In this document: positions 62,895-64,000 of the stretch, one piece after another
Layout of the letters: every line of letters starts with the position of its first letter
How positions within the stretch are numbered: the stretch's first letter is position 1
From: Camelus ferus
Lineage: Eukaryota
DNA: 64,000 nucleotides
Direction: 5' to 3'
NCBI RefSeq assembly: GCF_009834535.1
Contig: NC_045707.1
Span: 53,508,001 to 53,572,000, forward strand
Program-made: the position numbers and the translations under genes
Notes under the pieces: generated by a model
Seen by the model: only the letters and a program-made list of their open reading frames with translations
The model's database searches: none
What the model was told of the DNA's origin: nothing

Positions 62895-63298
62895 TGTTGG
62901 TTTGTAAACTGCTCTCTTACACAGAGGAATGGGAGAGAGTGAAGAAAGAGTCAGACCACTCCAGATTGGCTAGTGGCAGTTTTAATAAGCAAGGGAACTT
63001 ACTTACACGGCTTGTCTTGGGTGGCCATAAGACACGTAGATCTCCGTTCTCACCTGCCAGAATCTTACGCGTTTGTATAAAAGCCTTAACTGGGCTGAGT
63101 CTTGTATATCGTCTGAATGGACTCAGCACCGCAGTGCTCTCAAGGCTGCATCTTTGGGCCGGTGCTAACTAGGGAAGGCAAGTGAATGCACACTCCAAGG
63201 ACAGGGGAGGCGATGAGGAGCCTCTGATGGTTTTGATGGTCTGGGTCCCGCTTGAGGGTCAGCTGGCAGTCATGTCCTCTCGATGACCTCCTCCAACA
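62895..63298 (-). mobile_element. ERV 3' LTR
   Basis: TGTTGG...CCAACA terminal inverted repeat. Purine-rich PPT (GAGGGTAAAG on minus) at ~63299-63308, adjacent to env. Confidence 0.75.
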
Positions 63299-63439
63299 CT
63301 TTACCCCTCAGGATCGGCTCTTACACTTGTGTATGGCCCCCTCTTCCGCCGTGTGCCCTGAGCTGTCAGCAGGGGCTTTTGCTAGCACGGAGGTGGCTCA
63401 GTTTGTAGAACTGTCTGGCTGTCTTGGAGGCAGACGTCA

Positions 63440-63970
63440 CGGCAACAGTGTAGACACACTAAGAGGAAGCACATCTAGGTAATGACTGTCAGACTAAGCA
63501 CCGACATTGTTCCTCCAAGAGCCCCACGACCCAAACCGCTGACTTACTAAGTCTCTTAGGCTGGGGGTCAGACCACTCATGGCATTTATTTGGATTTTCA
63601 TGTGGTTTATAAAGATGATACATTAGCAGACTTATCAGGCATGAACAGATAATATTCTCTTTGGATAATGGCACAGGTGCCCCCTTGTGAGGTAGTAATA
63701 ATGTCCAAGGCCATTTTATTTAGGAGGAAAGCTTTTTTTTTTTTTTTTTTAAATTAGTGACATCTCAATGTGCAGTGTGAGCAGGCTTTGTTGGCTGTCA
63801 CTTGAGGCTTGCTGAGGGAGGTTAGTAAAGGCTTGCTTGTGGTCGGAAATGTCCTGCAGGCCAACGGAGGGGACCAAAACAGCAGCCAAATGATTGTACC
63901 AGTGGAGAACTGAATATGTCCACCTGTCCTTGAGGAGAGGGCGGTTGGCAGCTTTAGGAACTTGACTTGG
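63440..63970 (-). pseudogene. Defective ERV1 env (SU/TM boundary, ISD, TM anchor), PABL/envR(b)-like; provirus continues past the window
   Basis: RWTYSVLHWYNHLAAVLVPSVG...(stop + poly-A run)...AFLLNKMALDIITTSQGGTCAIIQREYYLFMPD. The ISD lies at 63723-63673. Confidence 0.85.
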
Positions 63971-64000
63971 TTGTGCATATTATAAATGTTGGCCGGTGGA

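Overview
Mammalian nuclear DNA, most likely a camelid. This is inferred from tRNA-derived SINEs starting GGGGAGGGTATAGCTCAGTGGTAGAG and from L1 3' ends of the TGACACAACATTGTAAAATGATTATAAATCAATAAAA type. No complete cellular protein-coding gene is visible. Main contents: (1) a CpG-island promoter and first exon of an unidentified minus-strand gene at the left edge; (2) an old, diverged ~3-kb tandem/segmental duplication family at 1.8-29 kb carrying exon-like modules and a CTCF site; (3) a degenerate interstitial telomeric tract and an array of ZNF143-type motifs; (4) processed pseudogenes of PAIP1 and MPHOSPH6, the latter apparently copied from an intronically polyadenylated transcript; (5) a ~7.5-kb ancient colinear NUMT (control region to 5' COX1) later hit by a SINE, an inverted L1 and a microsatellite; (6) a decayed C2H2 zinc-finger exon; (7) a GC-rich promoter/exon-1 block in an A-X-A layout with abrupt AT-rich borders, possibly a circularly permuted copy of a promoter from elsewhere; (8) an open L1 ORF1; (9) the 3' LTR and dead env of an ERV1 at the right edge. 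Repeat family names come from recalled consensus motifs, not a search, and many repeat boundaries are approximate. No novel coding system is demonstrated; the most interesting signals concern genome dynamics (DNA capture, permuted promoter copy, fossil isoform).
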